This document shows, in pieces, positions 29,700 through 38,622 of a stretch of 40,309 nucleotides of DNA. This DNA comes from a virus (Duplodnaviria; Caudoviricetes), in the IMG/VR virus record IMGVR_UViG_3300037634_001140, positions 1 through 40,309 of that record; one strand, written 5' to 3'. Below the pieces are notes generated by a model. The model did not search any database, was not told the DNA's origin, and saw only the letters and a list, made by a program, of their open reading frames with translations. Numbering within the stretch: position 1 is the first letter of the stretch; each line of letters begins with the position of its first letter. The translations under genes were made by a program, and so were the position numbers.

Positions 29700-30776
29700 T
29701 TAGTGTGTTGTATGTGAAGAATCACCAGCTACAGTAAGATTGTAATCACTTCCACTTAAAGCAGCACCAGTATTAGCTGTACCATTATTTTCAAACTGAT
29801 GATATAGTTGTAGATTACTACTTGACTCGTAATCACCACTATCACTTGTTAGATTAATTGGTGTTCCACTGTTATATATAGCTGTTATCTCAGCTGCTGT
29901 TAGTGCTTCGTTCCAAATAGCAAATTCATCATATTGTGTTTGTGTACCATCACCACACTTTATATAACTATTACCGTTATTTGTGCTTCCTATAATTACT
30001 TCTCTAGTGGTGTTTGTTGGCATAGACATTGTTGAGGCGTTAGTATCATAACTTAAATCAACAGTTCCGCAGTCATTAGCATTCCAATAAAGCTTAAGAT
30101 CAGAGGAAGCGCTAGAAGTACCTTTTACAATTGTTAGCATAGTCCAATCATCAGTGTTGTAACCTCTATTAGCAGCAGACCAATAATCTGTCCCTAAACC
30201 AGCCGCAGCATAGCTTTCTGCATATATTCCACTATTATCATGAAATAACCATTGTGCATCCATATCTCTATTAGATCCACTTGCATCACTTCTCATTAAA
30301 AATTTTATTCTATTTTGATTTTCTGCATAATATAAAGCCATTGAACTATCCCACCAAGATGAGGCGCCGGGTTCACTAATAGTCCAAAAGAATATATTTG
30401 TATTTAAAGAACTACTCCAACCAGCTTTAACCCATATTGAAACAGTAAATGCACTACTCTCTGTAAAATGAATAGCACTACCAGCTGATATAGCTCCTGA
30501 TTTTATAGTTTCATCAGAACCAGTTGATAATGATTTTGAAACAGCATAAGCATTTGCCCAAGCAGCCGCAGCATCATGATCATATCCATACCATTCTGAC
30601 ATTGCAAACGGTGATTCACCATCAGGAGCACTGTCACTGTTTTCGTTAAATGATGTGTTCTCCGCTAAACTTCTTAAAGATATATTACTATAACTCTCGC
30701 CAGCGCTGTAGTTGTCTTCATCTATTTCATTTTGAATACCAAGAAGACTTACTGCACCATTACTTGGAACAGCCAT
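29700..30776 (-). CDS. Putative receptor-binding adhesin with a concanavalin A-like/LamG lectin domain (358 aa)
   Basis: N-terminal MAVPSNGAVSLLGIQNEI...FAMSEWYGYDH fibre-tip-attachment-like segment. LamG-like AFTVSIWVK, WTMLTIV, LKLYWNA and YDEFAIWNEALTAAEITAIYNSG. Confidence 0.75.
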   Translation of the reverse strand: MAVPSNGAVSLLGIQNEIDEDNYSAGESYSNISLRSLAENTSFNENSDSAPDGESPFAMSEWYGYDHDAAAAWANAYAVSKSLSTGSDETIKSGAISAGSAIHFTESSAFTVSIWVKAGWSSSLNTNIFFWTISEPGASSWWDSSMALYYAENQNRIKFLMRSDASGSNRDMDAQWLFHDNSGIYAESYAAAGLGTDYWSAANRGYNTDDWTMLTIVKGTSSASSDLKLYWNANDCGTVDLSYDTNASTMSMPTNTTREVIIGSTNNGNSYIKCGDGTQTQYDEFAIWNEALTAAEITAIYNSGTPINLTSDSGDYESSSNLQLYHQFENNGTANTGAALSGSDYNLTVAGDSSHTTH

Positions 30777-31716
30777 TGCACATTGTTTTTAATTCATCAA
30801 TTTGTTTTTGTTGATCTTTAATAGCCTCGATTAAATAACCTACAACGTTACCATAAGCAACGCCCTTATAATTACCATCATCTATAACTAACTCTGGAGC
30901 AACCTTTTCCATTTCTTGAGCTATAACACCAGAACTAGCTTTACCCGTATCTACACGATCAAAACTAACTCCTCTCATTTCTAACACTTTTTTACCATCT
31001 AGTGTTTTAATATTTTCTTTTAATTTTTTATCAGAATAAGCTATTACATCAGCGGAACCTGTTATAGTATCACCCGCATATAATTTTTTAGCAATACTAG
31101 CACCACCCTCACATCTTAAGGCCCCAGTATCACCTGTAGCGTCTGTAGAGTCTGTGGTATCTGTTATATCTAAAACCCCTGTTATAGCACCTCCAGCTAA
31201 AACGTTAGTGTTAGTATCTTCCCAAGGTACATTGACCGTAGCTACACCATCTTCATCTGTTTGAAGTTGATAAGATCTACCTGTTACTGCTGATATATTT
31301 GCAGGAAGTACCGAGGCGGCTGTACCAGAAACTTTTACAAGTCCTTTATCGTCACCAGAAGCATCTGGTACTTTACCATTAATATAAGTAGATAATCTTG
31401 TCATTGTAGCTTTTCTATTAGTGCCATTAGCACCATCATCTACAAGAAAAAGGTCAGCATCTACTAAAGCAGCACCTATATCAGTTTGGCCATCAATATC
31501 TACAGTTGCTGTTACTGCGGCCCAAACAGCTTTTGTGTTCGTATCATCCCATTTCAAATAATAACCATCAGTATGTGCAGATTGTCCAATTTTTGTAACA
31601 TGACCACTTCCATCAAAAGTGAAAGCAGCTGTTCCACTAGCTTCTTGTAACGAACCACCGTCATCTATAATTATATCACCAGTAACTTTTATATCATTTA
31701 AAAAATCTATAGCCAT
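30760..31716 (-). CDS. Tail fibre protein with a C-terminal intramolecular chaperone (peptidase S74) domain (318 aa)
   Basis: YSDKKLKENIKTL...RGVSF...GVIAQEMEKVAPELV...VAYGNVVGYLIEAIKDQQKQIDELK matches the S74 autocleavage signature. Confidence 0.85.
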   Translation of the reverse strand: MAIDFLNDIKVTGDIIIDDGGSLQEASGTAAFTFDGSGHVTKIGQSAHTDGYYLKWDDTNTKAVWAAVTATVDIDGQTDIGAALVDADLFLVDDGANGTNRKATMTRLSTYINGKVPDASGDDKGLVKVSGTAASVLPANISAVTGRSYQLQTDEDGVATVNVPWEDTNTNVLAGGAITGVLDITDTTDSTDATGDTGALRCEGGASIAKKLYAGDTITGSADVIAYSDKKLKENIKTLDGKKVLEMRGVSFDRVDTGKASSGVIAQEMEKVAPELVIDDGNYKGVAYGNVVGYLIEAIKDQQKQIDELKTMCNGCSK

Positions 31717-31762
31717 TTATATTCATTTTTTATTTATTTAATTTAATTTTATTTTACTTCAT

Positions 31763-34069
31763 TTAATCTGCCGTAACAACAACAGTATAATCTGATTGTT
31801 CTACAGCAGTTCCAAACCCAACAGAAATTGTAGTTGTTGATGGCCATTTAACTTCTGTAAATACTTGTTGATAAGGAGAAGCAGTTTGATAAACTTGAAC
31901 ATTTACCGCTCTCGATGTATAACCATGTGTAACTGTGAAAATAGTATCATCTGTACCAGAATTATTACCAACAACATCAGTTGTAGCGTGGGCTAATGCA
32001 AAAGATGCAGAAAGTGCAGGTAGTCTAGCAGCAGCTAACGTACCAGAAGATATATTACTTGCACTCGTTGTATCTGTTGTAGCAGAAGTAGCTAAACCAT
32101 GTGAAGTTACACTTGTTAATGCGCCTGATAATTTACTAGTTGCAATAGCCGCACCAGAAGCTACAGAAGCATTAACTACAGCGTCAGCAGCTAATTCATC
32201 AGCTCCTACAGCATCATCATCTAACTGAGCTTGTGATACTGAATTGTTAGCTAGTGTTGCAGCTCCACCATCTGCGACTGTTACATCACCACTTAAATCA
32301 TTATAGATAGCGTCTCTTACAACACTAAAATCAGCTCTTTTTAATGTACCTCCGTCTGATACTAATAATTCATCAGCATCTGCAAGATCGCCCGTCATAT
32401 TTGTTTGACCAGAAATTGCGTTGGTGTTAAGCATTGATCCCTCAACAGCATTTGCTTGAATAGTCGCAGCTGCTGTAACATTCCCAGAACCATCGAAACT
32501 TGCAGAGGTCCAAACAACGTCTCCTGTCATACCTATTGTTCTACCGGTAGCTAAAGCCGTAGCAGTTGTTGCATTACCAGCTAAAGCAGCTGTAACTGTT
32601 CCAAATTTAGCATTCATTAACGTTCCAGAAAATACCTCACTACTATTCGTAGCAGCTGTATATCCTGTAAAAAGTCCTAAACTATCGTCATATCCAAAGA
32701 AACCAACAGCCGCGGTTTCACCAGTATGATATCTAAATTCAATACCTCTATCTTTATTATCATCAGAGCCAGGAGCTGCATCACCACCTAATGTAAATAT
32801 AGGATCATCAACTGTTACTACTGTAGAGTTTATCGTGGTTGTAGTACCACTAACAATTAAATCACCATTAATAGTTAAATCCCCAGATATAGTTCCATCT
32901 ATTGATGAACCACTTCCAATAGTATAATTGGTATCTATCAACGCAAGAGTCGTTTCAAGATTATCTTTACTAACACTAACATCAGTATTAGTTGTAAATG
33001 TAAGGTTAGATTGTAAATAGGTTTGTAAGACACTAACATCCATTCTTTTAAGTGTACCAGCATCACTAATAGCTAGTTCATCCGTTGAAGCTAAGCCCGA
33101 TGTTAACGCTGTTTGACCTGAAATAACATTATTGTTAAGCATACTACCTTCAACAGCGTTTGCTTGAATAGTTGCTGTTGTAGTGAAATTTCCAGAACCA
33201 TCAAAGTTTGCAGATGCTAAAACTACATCACCAGTAGTTGTAAATGATCTTGCATTTGCTAATGCAGTTGCTGTAGCAGCATTACCAGTACAAGTACCTG
33301 AGCTTCCACTTACATCACCCGTTACGTCGCCTACGAAAGCAGTTGAAGTAATTGATGTTGCGCCCGTAACTACACCAGCGTCAATAACAATTGTTCCATC
33401 TAGAACAATCTGTTGGCCGGCTAGTGGAGTTATATTTAAATCCGTACCAGCATCAGTAGATATCGTATTTCCATTAATATTAATATTATCAACTTGTAGT
33501 GCTGTTAAATCTCCTAAGGAAGTAATTGCTGGTTGTGCAGCGGTTGTAACGGTAGCAGCGGTTCCTGTAGTATCTTGATTTAAGGTATCTACAGCTATTA
33601 CACCATTTGTCGCTGTTAACCCAGACCCAGCAAATAACGTAGCGATTCTATCAACTGTAGTTTTTCGATTAGTGCCACCAGCACCATCATCAACTATAAA
33701 TAGATCGCCAGACGCAAGACCCGCACCGATGTCGGTCATACCGTCAATATCTAAATCCCAGGTTAAAGTTGTACTAGAAGCTGTAGTTCTAAGACCAGCT
33801 CCACCAGCCAATGTAAATGCAGCAGACCCCGTACTATCTGTTGTTGTTGTACTATCATCTGTGGTAAGAGCCACGTCAGTTATATCACCCGTTGCAGTAC
33901 CTAGCGTTTGCCAACTAGAGCCGTTGTGAAATTTTAATTTATTACTGTCGCTACTATCAACATAAATTTGTCCTGTAGCGGCAGTTGGCGCACTACTTGT
34001 AACATGTATTTTTGCGTTCTGCAGCTGGGAATCATTTAAGCTGATGTGGTTTAAAAATTCTATTGCCAT
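31763..34069 (-). CDS. Long tail fibre protein with internal repeats (768 aa)
   Basis: T/A/G/S-rich. Contains fibre motifs GDLTINGDLIVSGTTTTINSTVVTVDDPIFTLG, DRGIEFRY and GNAxTATALAxxR, and a duplicated ~90-aa block. Confidence 0.85.
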   Translation of the reverse strand: MAIEFLNHISLNDSQLQNAKIHVTSSAPTAATGQIYVDSSDSNKLKFHNGSSWQTLGTATGDITDVALTTDDSTTTTDSTGSAAFTLAGGAGLRTTASSTTLTWDLDIDGMTDIGAGLASGDLFIVDDGAGGTNRKTTVDRIATLFAGSGLTATNGVIAVDTLNQDTTGTAATVTTAAQPAITSLGDLTALQVDNININGNTISTDAGTDLNITPLAGQQIVLDGTIVIDAGVVTGATSITSTAFVGDVTGDVSGSSGTCTGNAATATALANARSFTTTGDVVLASANFDGSGNFTTTATIQANAVEGSMLNNNVISGQTALTSGLASTDELAISDAGTLKRMDVSVLQTYLQSNLTFTTNTDVSVSKDNLETTLALIDTNYTIGSGSSIDGTISGDLTINGDLIVSGTTTTINSTVVTVDDPIFTLGGDAAPGSDDNKDRGIEFRYHTGETAAVGFFGYDDSLGLFTGYTAATNSSEVFSGTLMNAKFGTVTAALAGNATTATALATGRTIGMTGDVVWTSASFDGSGNVTAAATIQANAVEGSMLNTNAISGQTNMTGDLADADELLVSDGGTLKRADFSVVRDAIYNDLSGDVTVADGGAATLANNSVSQAQLDDDAVGADELAADAVVNASVASGAAIATSKLSGALTSVTSHGLATSATTDTTSASNISSGTLAAARLPALSASFALAHATTDVVGNNSGTDDTIFTVTHGYTSRAVNVQVYQTASPYQQVFTEVKWPSTTTISVGFGTAVEQSDYTVVVTAD
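32310..33286 (-). repeat. Internal duplication of ~90 aa within the long fibre (copies at about 33286-33020 and 32578-32310)
   Basis: GNAATATALANARSFTTTGDVVLASANFDGSGNFTTTATIQANAVEGSMLNNNVISGQT...DELAISDAGTLKR versus GNATTATALATGRTIGMTGDVVWTSASFDGSGNVTAAATIQANAVEGSMLNTNAISGQT...DELLVSDGGTLKR. Confidence 0.9.
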
Positions 34070-34090
34070 TTTGTTTTTGTTTTAAATTTA

Positions 34091-34846
34091 TTAGTTTAAG
34101 TATGCGGTTCCAGTGTTTGCACCAGAGAAGCTTACGGTTAATTGATTTGCGCTTTGGTAAGTTACCGCAGCTGCACCTATTTTTCCAGTCGATAATTTTA
34201 CAGTAACAGTGGGAAACTTATTTAAATTATGTGTAATAACCCAAGTATCTGTATTTGCACTTTGTGTGTGTATATGGTCTTTATCAGAACCAAAAATTTC
34301 TAACACATATACATCTGGAGTTGTTGATGAGTTGTCTCCAGCTGTTAAAACTCCATTGCTAGAAATATGTGTTAATGTCATATCATAAAAATCTGTTATA
34401 CCATCTCGTGCAAAAGCAGTACATTCATATATTCCATATATATTAGGATTATCTACAGAACTCCACTTAATTCTCTGATTAACATATTCTTCTAGTATAT
34501 TTTGAGCCTCGTTTGGACTAGATTGTAACGTGGCTGCAAAAGGATATTTACTTATTTTTAAAGTAGTAACTGCTGAAAACGCTGTTGTCGCACTAGAATT
34601 GTTTATATTTATAGTTCCCGTTTGCATCTCACCATCACCACCATAAGTATTGTTATGATACAAATATGCTAGTGCTCTAGGGTCACATTCAGTAATATAG
34701 TTCATTACAGTGCTACTGTTTGCTGTTCCTGCGCCGGGCATTTCTGGACCAATCTTGAAATTTTTAGTAGCTCCCGTTCCGTCAGTACCAAGTATTTTAT
34801 CAAGCGGGTCTAGAGTATTTACTGCATAAGTACTGATTCTAGCCAT
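34091..34846 (-). CDS. Putative proximal tail fibre/fibre-docking protein (251 aa)
   Basis: N-terminal MARISTY...DKILGTDGTGATKNF. C-terminal HTQSANTDTWVITHNLNKFPTVTV...QLTVSFS domain. First gene of the fibre cluster. Confidence 0.6.
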   Translation of the reverse strand: MARISTYAVNTLDPLDKILGTDGTGATKNFKIGPEMPGAGTANSSTVMNYITECDPRALAYLYHNNTYGGDGEMQTGTININNSSATTAFSAVTTLKISKYPFAATLQSSPNEAQNILEEYVNQRIKWSSVDNPNIYGIYECTAFARDGITDFYDMTLTHISSNGVLTAGDNSSTTPDVYVLEIFGSDKDHIHTQSANTDTWVITHNLNKFPTVTVKLSTGKIGAAAVTYQSANQLTVSFSGANTGTAYLN

Positions 34847-34865
34847 TTATATTATAAGTTTTATT

Positions 34866-35252
34866 TTATTTTTTCACTTTTTCTAGTGATCTACCACCGA
34901 AGTAAGCACCAATAACAGTTATTAATACTAATTGTAGTAAATCAGTCCATTTGTCTTGCACTTTGAAACTTATAGTTCCAGCATCGATAAATATCAACAA
35001 TACTGTAGCTACTACTAAAAACACTAATACTAGTGGACGTATGTTTTTACTAAGCCATGAATCGGATTGCATATCCATTTTCCATCTCTCAGTAATATTC
35101 TTTTCCATCTCTATTTCATAACTAGAGACTAATTCTTTTACTTTCTGTTCTGCTGCTAACTTCTCTTCTTTCGATGTATGTAAATTATCTATAACGCCAC
35201 CAACTCCTTTTATAAGTTCAGCTGCACCTCCTGAAAATATTTTACTCAACAT
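34866..35252 (-). CDS. Holin, 3-TM (GTA-holin-like) family
   Basis: DSWLSKNIRPLVLVFLVV...LLQLVLITVIGAYFGGRSLEK family pattern with hydrophobic helices. Start placed at 35252 (MLSKIFSGG) because it forms a TAATG overlap with the upstream stop. The track's start at 35270 is the alternative. Confidence 0.8.
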   Translation of the reverse strand: MLSKIFSGGAAELIKGVGGVIDNLHTSKEEKLAAEQKVKELVSSYEIEMEKNITERWKMDMQSDSWLSKNIRPLVLVFLVVATVLLIFIDAGTISFKVQDKWTDLLQLVLITVIGAYFGGRSLEKVKK

Positions 35253-35662
35253 TATTTCTTCTTTTGCCAAGGCGGAACTTCAGTTGTCTGTTTTTGCGCA
35301 TCACCTTCTTCTTGTTGAGTTTCGTCGATTAAATGACCTTTTGGATAATTGTTACTAACCATAAAAGTATCTCTTTCCGCCCAACTTTCTGGTTCGCTAG
35401 AATCTTCAGTGAATTGAGTGTAAATTGGGTTATCATCATCTCCAGAATAAGACTCATTGTCTGCTAAAGACGTAACAAAACTTTTACCTTTTTTGTCTTT
35501 TTGAACTGCTGAAATATCTTGCACATTCCAGTTTTTAAGATCGTTATTTCCAGAAGTGTTTCTTGCAACAACTTCTTTAGCTTTGTCTGCTTGTGATTTT
35601 TTCTTTTGAAACAATGGTGTTCCTTCACCAAAGTTTTTAATACCGTCCATTTTAAATGCCAT
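35252..35662 (-). CDS. Hypothetical charged protein with MAFKM-type leader (136 aa)
   Basis: Starts MAFKMDGIKNFGEGTPLFQ. Coupled to both neighbouring genes. Confidence 0.7.
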   Translation of the reverse strand: MAFKMDGIKNFGEGTPLFQKKKSQADKAKEVVARNTSGNNDLKNWNVQDISAVQKDKKGKSFVTSLADNESYSGDDDNPIYTQFTEDSSEPESWAERDTFMVSNNYPKGHLIDETQQEEGDAQKQTTEVPPWQKKK

Positions 35663-35664
35663 AG

Positions 35665-36015
35665 TTATGCGTTTTTATAAGCGGCTTTTTCCCAAGGAAA
35701 CTTCTTGCTCCCTTCTTCTATCCACTTTCCGTTATACTTAATTTTACCATCTTTTCTAGGATATGTTGTACCACTATGTCTTATATAATCATCTCCATAA
35801 GATAGTTTACCAGACGCCATATCCTTTACGTGCTGAGTTTCGTGGTTAATTACTTCTTTTTCTTTATCACTACCTGGTTTTAATTTATCACTTATATAAA
35901 TAGAACCGTCGTTATTAGCTTCGCCCAATATTCCGCCTTCCAATTTCTTTCTAAATATTGGTGTAGTTTCTGAACTTTTATATTCTCTTTTTTCTGATCC
36001 TAGTTTAAATCCCAT
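35665..36015 (-). CDS. Small zincin-like (HExxH) metallopeptidase with MGFKL-type leader (116 aa)
   Basis: GILGEANNDGSIYI strands, then EVINHETQHVKD helix, then FPWEKAAY (candidate third ligand E). Confidence 0.7.
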   Translation of the reverse strand: MGFKLGSEKREYKSSETTPIFRKKLEGGILGEANNDGSIYISDKLKPGSDKEKEVINHETQHVKDMASGKLSYGDDYIRHSGTTYPRKDGKIKYNGKWIEEGSKKFPWEKAAYKNA

Positions 36016-36455
36016 TATCTATCTTTATCTTTTATCATATCATCTATAGCTTTATTATAAACTTTATCTGTATATGATTCATTATTATAAAATATGCTTC
36101 TTTCTGATGTTGGTAGATCTTCTTCTCCTAATAGGATTCTATATATCCTACTTATCATTTGAGAGCATTTAAACGAGGTTTTAAATATAGAATACATTAT
36201 AGTAGTTCTATTCCTATGTCTCCAAGTATCTATCCAGCCCGCTTTCCTTAATCTATCCCATCTTTGTTTATCCCACGAGTATGTGTATACTCCATCCATG
36301 AAATCTTTTCTATTAAACCTTCCTTTGCAATCTAAATAGATTAATAGTTCTAAATCTGCATCTTTAATATTATAAGTCTTACAAACCCATTTCCTTGTTA
36401 ATCTATAGTATTTAAAGAGATTCATCTCTCTTATATCTTGGGCTGTTAGTTTCAT
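36015..36455 (-). CDS. Hypothetical protein, possibly winged-helix (MarR-like) DNA-binding (146 aa)
   Basis: YNIKDADLELLIYL...RWDRLRKAGWIDTWR...YSIFKTSFKCSQMISRIY resembles wHTH topology. Overlaps the groES stop. Confidence 0.45.
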   Translation of the reverse strand: MKLTAQDIREMNLFKYYRLTRKWVCKTYNIKDADLELLIYLDCKGRFNRKDFMDGVYTYSWDKQRWDRLRKAGWIDTWRHRNRTTIMYSIFKTSFKCSQMISRIYRILLGEEDLPTSERSIFYNNESYTDKVYNKAIDDMIKDKDR

Positions 36456-36709
36456 TCTACTAATACAACATCTCTAGCTCTAATTACTTGATAAATCTTT
36501 TTTTTAAAATCAATACCATTACCAGCGTGCTTGTCGTAATATATAATATCTTTTTCTTTTAATCCTTCAACTAGATTTCCAATTGATATTATTGTAGCTT
36601 TTATATATCTATTGTCCTGATCTAGTTTTTCAGTTAATATTAGACCACCAACTTTCTTAGGACCGATTTTTTCTTTTTCTACTATTATGTAATCATTTAT
36701 CGCTCTCAT
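36452..36709 (-). CDS. groES: Phage-encoded co-chaperonin GroES/Cpn10 (85 aa)
   Basis: MRAINDYIIV, mobile loop KKVGGLILT, ATIISIG, LKEKDIIYYDKHAG, VIRARDVV. ATGA overlap with the groEL stop. Confidence 0.85.
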   Translation of the reverse strand: MRAINDYIIVEKEKIGPKKVGGLILTEKLDQDNRYIKATIISIGNLVEGLKEKDIIYYDKHAGNGIDFKKKIYQVIRARDVVLVE

Positions 36710-38265
36710 TGTTCTCTAACGTTTGAAATTACACAATCAGCTGATATAATCGTATTTACTACACTTACAGCGTTTTTTAGAGCAGATTTAGTAACAAGGA
36801 CTGGGTCTATGATTCCACGCTCTATCATATCAACACCATTACCACTTATAACATCAATACCATAACCGTGTTCTCTTTTTAAGTCATCTTCTATACCTGC
36901 ATTTTCTAATATAACGTTATATGGAGATCTAATAGCTTCCATTAGTATTTGTTCGCCTCCTGGTTTCGCAGATATTTTTTCTGAAGCATTAAGTAAAGCA
37001 ACTCCTCCTCCAGATACAATACCTTCTTTCAAAGCTGCTTTTGTAGCGTATATTGCATCTTCTACTCTATCGCGTTTTTCTTTTAGTTCGACTTTAGAAT
37101 CAGCACCCACTTTGATGACTGCAACACTACCGGATAACATAGACAATCTTTGCTCCAACTTCTTTTTAATGAAACCATTTTTCTCATCAGTGATAAGTTT
37201 TGAAACGAGTTCGATGCGTTCTTGTAAATCATCTTGTATTTCTTCAATAGTTGTTATTACTGTATTTTGATCATCTGTTACAGCATACTCTGCTTCTCCT
37301 AAATGTTCTATTGTAATAAGATCTAAATCATCACCAAGTTCTTCGTCAATAACAGTAGCTCCAGTTAGTATAGCTAAATCTTCAGTAGTATCCTTTTTAG
37401 TGGGACCAAAGCCTGGTAAGTCAATTATATTGATCTTTATATTACCCTTGACTTTATTCATCATTAATGCAGTCTTAACTTGCTGAGCAACTGGGGCAAC
37501 AACAAGTAATGATCTTCCTTTTTTTATAACATACTCTAAAATATTTTGTATTCTTCGTATATTAGGAATTTCACTAGAAACTATTAATACTAAAGGATTC
37601 TCTAGTTCAGTTCTATTTTTTTCCACATTAGTAATGAAATGTCTAGAAGTTAATCCACATTCGATTTGAACTCCTTCAACAATATCTACATATGTTTCGT
37701 TGGTTTCAGATGATTCCATTAAAACAACACCATCTTTACCAACTGTATTATAAGCCTCTGCTATAATCTTTCCAAGCTCTGTATCGTTATTACAACTAAT
37801 CGAACTTACAGATTCCAGCATATCGCCTTCGATCTTGACAGCAGACCTATTTAAATATTTGTTTATTTTTTCTAGTCCTTTGTTAATACCTTCTTTTATT
37901 TCTCTTATTGAGCGTTTACTAAGATCTTGATCATAAACCTCTTTCAGTAAAGCTTGAGCAAGGACGGTAGCTGTAGTAGTACCGTCACCTGCTTCGCTTA
38001 CTGTGTTCTTTGCGGCTTCTTTAATTAAAGTAGCGCCTATATTCTCAACCGGGTCATTTAAGACTACGCTTTGGGCTACGGTTACACCATCTTTTGTTAT
38101 GACCGGATTTCCTCTCGCGTCTTCGTATATAACGCACTTCCCGGAAGCTCCTAAGGTTGATTTAACTGCTTGAGCTAATTTATCGACTCCAGCTTTAATT
38201 TTAGATTTAGCTTCATCACCAAAGTTAAGTTCTTTGACAATTTCGCTAGGCAAATTGTATTCCAT
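36706..38265 (-). CDS. groEL: Phage-encoded chaperonin GroEL/Cpn60 (519 aa)
   Basis: AVKSTLG, ITKDGVTVA, AGDGTTTATVLA, PGFG, IKVGA...ELKEKRDRVEDAIYATKAALKEGIVSGGGVAL, GIIDPVLVTKSALKNAVS. Lacks the C-terminal GGM tail. Confidence 0.97.
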   Translation of the reverse strand: MEYNLPSEIVKELNFGDEAKSKIKAGVDKLAQAVKSTLGASGKCVIYEDARGNPVITKDGVTVAQSVVLNDPVENIGATLIKEAAKNTVSEAGDGTTTATVLAQALLKEVYDQDLSKRSIREIKEGINKGLEKINKYLNRSAVKIEGDMLESVSSISCNNDTELGKIIAEAYNTVGKDGVVLMESSETNETYVDIVEGVQIECGLTSRHFITNVEKNRTELENPLVLIVSSEIPNIRRIQNILEYVIKKGRSLLVVAPVAQQVKTALMMNKVKGNIKINIIDLPGFGPTKKDTTEDLAILTGATVIDEELGDDLDLITIEHLGEAEYAVTDDQNTVITTIEEIQDDLQERIELVSKLITDEKNGFIKKKLEQRLSMLSGSVAVIKVGADSKVELKEKRDRVEDAIYATKAALKEGIVSGGGVALLNASEKISAKPGGEQILMEAIRSPYNVILENAGIEDDLKREHGYGIDVISGNGVDMIERGIIDPVLVTKSALKNAVSVVNTIISADCVISNVREQ

Positions 38266-38285
38266 ATTTAATTTAATTTAATTTA
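38266..38285 (-). repeat. (TAAAT)x4 pentamer leader immediately upstream of the groEL start
   Basis: Plus strand reads ATTTA ATTTA ATTTA ATTTA. Shorter versions precede the starts at 9909, 29362 and 31716. Confidence 0.7.
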
Positions 38286-38292
38286 ACTATTA

Positions 38293-38586
38293 CTAGAACG
38301 TCTTTACGACTTTCGGGCCACTAGCGGCCTCTAATTTTTTCGAGAAATGGTCGATGCTTCCGTCAATTGCTGCTTCAGCACCTTCTATGGTTTCTCTCCT
38401 GGTTACGTCTGCCCACTCGTCATCGGTGTTAGTTCGTAAACATTCAGTTTGGTAAAATCCATTAGGTAATTGTGTTATTCTCCAATTACTCTTAGAAGCT
38501 AAGTGCTCCCAATGTTTAACGGTTTCTTTACTCGGTTTTTGGTTGCCAGTAGTCATCGTACTGGTCTTGTAATACAAATAAGTCAT
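38293..38586 (-). CDS. Hypothetical protein (97 aa) upstream of groEL
   Basis: Clean ORF with an A-rich leader. Globular core NWRITQLPNGFYQTE...WADVTRRETIEGAEAAID. Confidence 0.7.
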   Translation of the reverse strand: MTYLYYKTSTMTTGNQKPSKETVKHWEHLASKSNWRITQLPNGFYQTECLRTNTDDEWADVTRRETIEGAEAAIDGSIDHFSKKLEAASGPKVVKTF

Positions 38587-38622
38587 TTTTTTTGGTTTTT
38601 ATTGGTTAATACTGACTTGGTC

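Noticed and set aside
29700-34846. Diversity-generating retroelement or invertible tail-fibre cassette
   Set aside because: No reverse transcriptase or invertase in the window. The fibre repeats are diverged at all bases rather than only at adenines, and they are not inverted.
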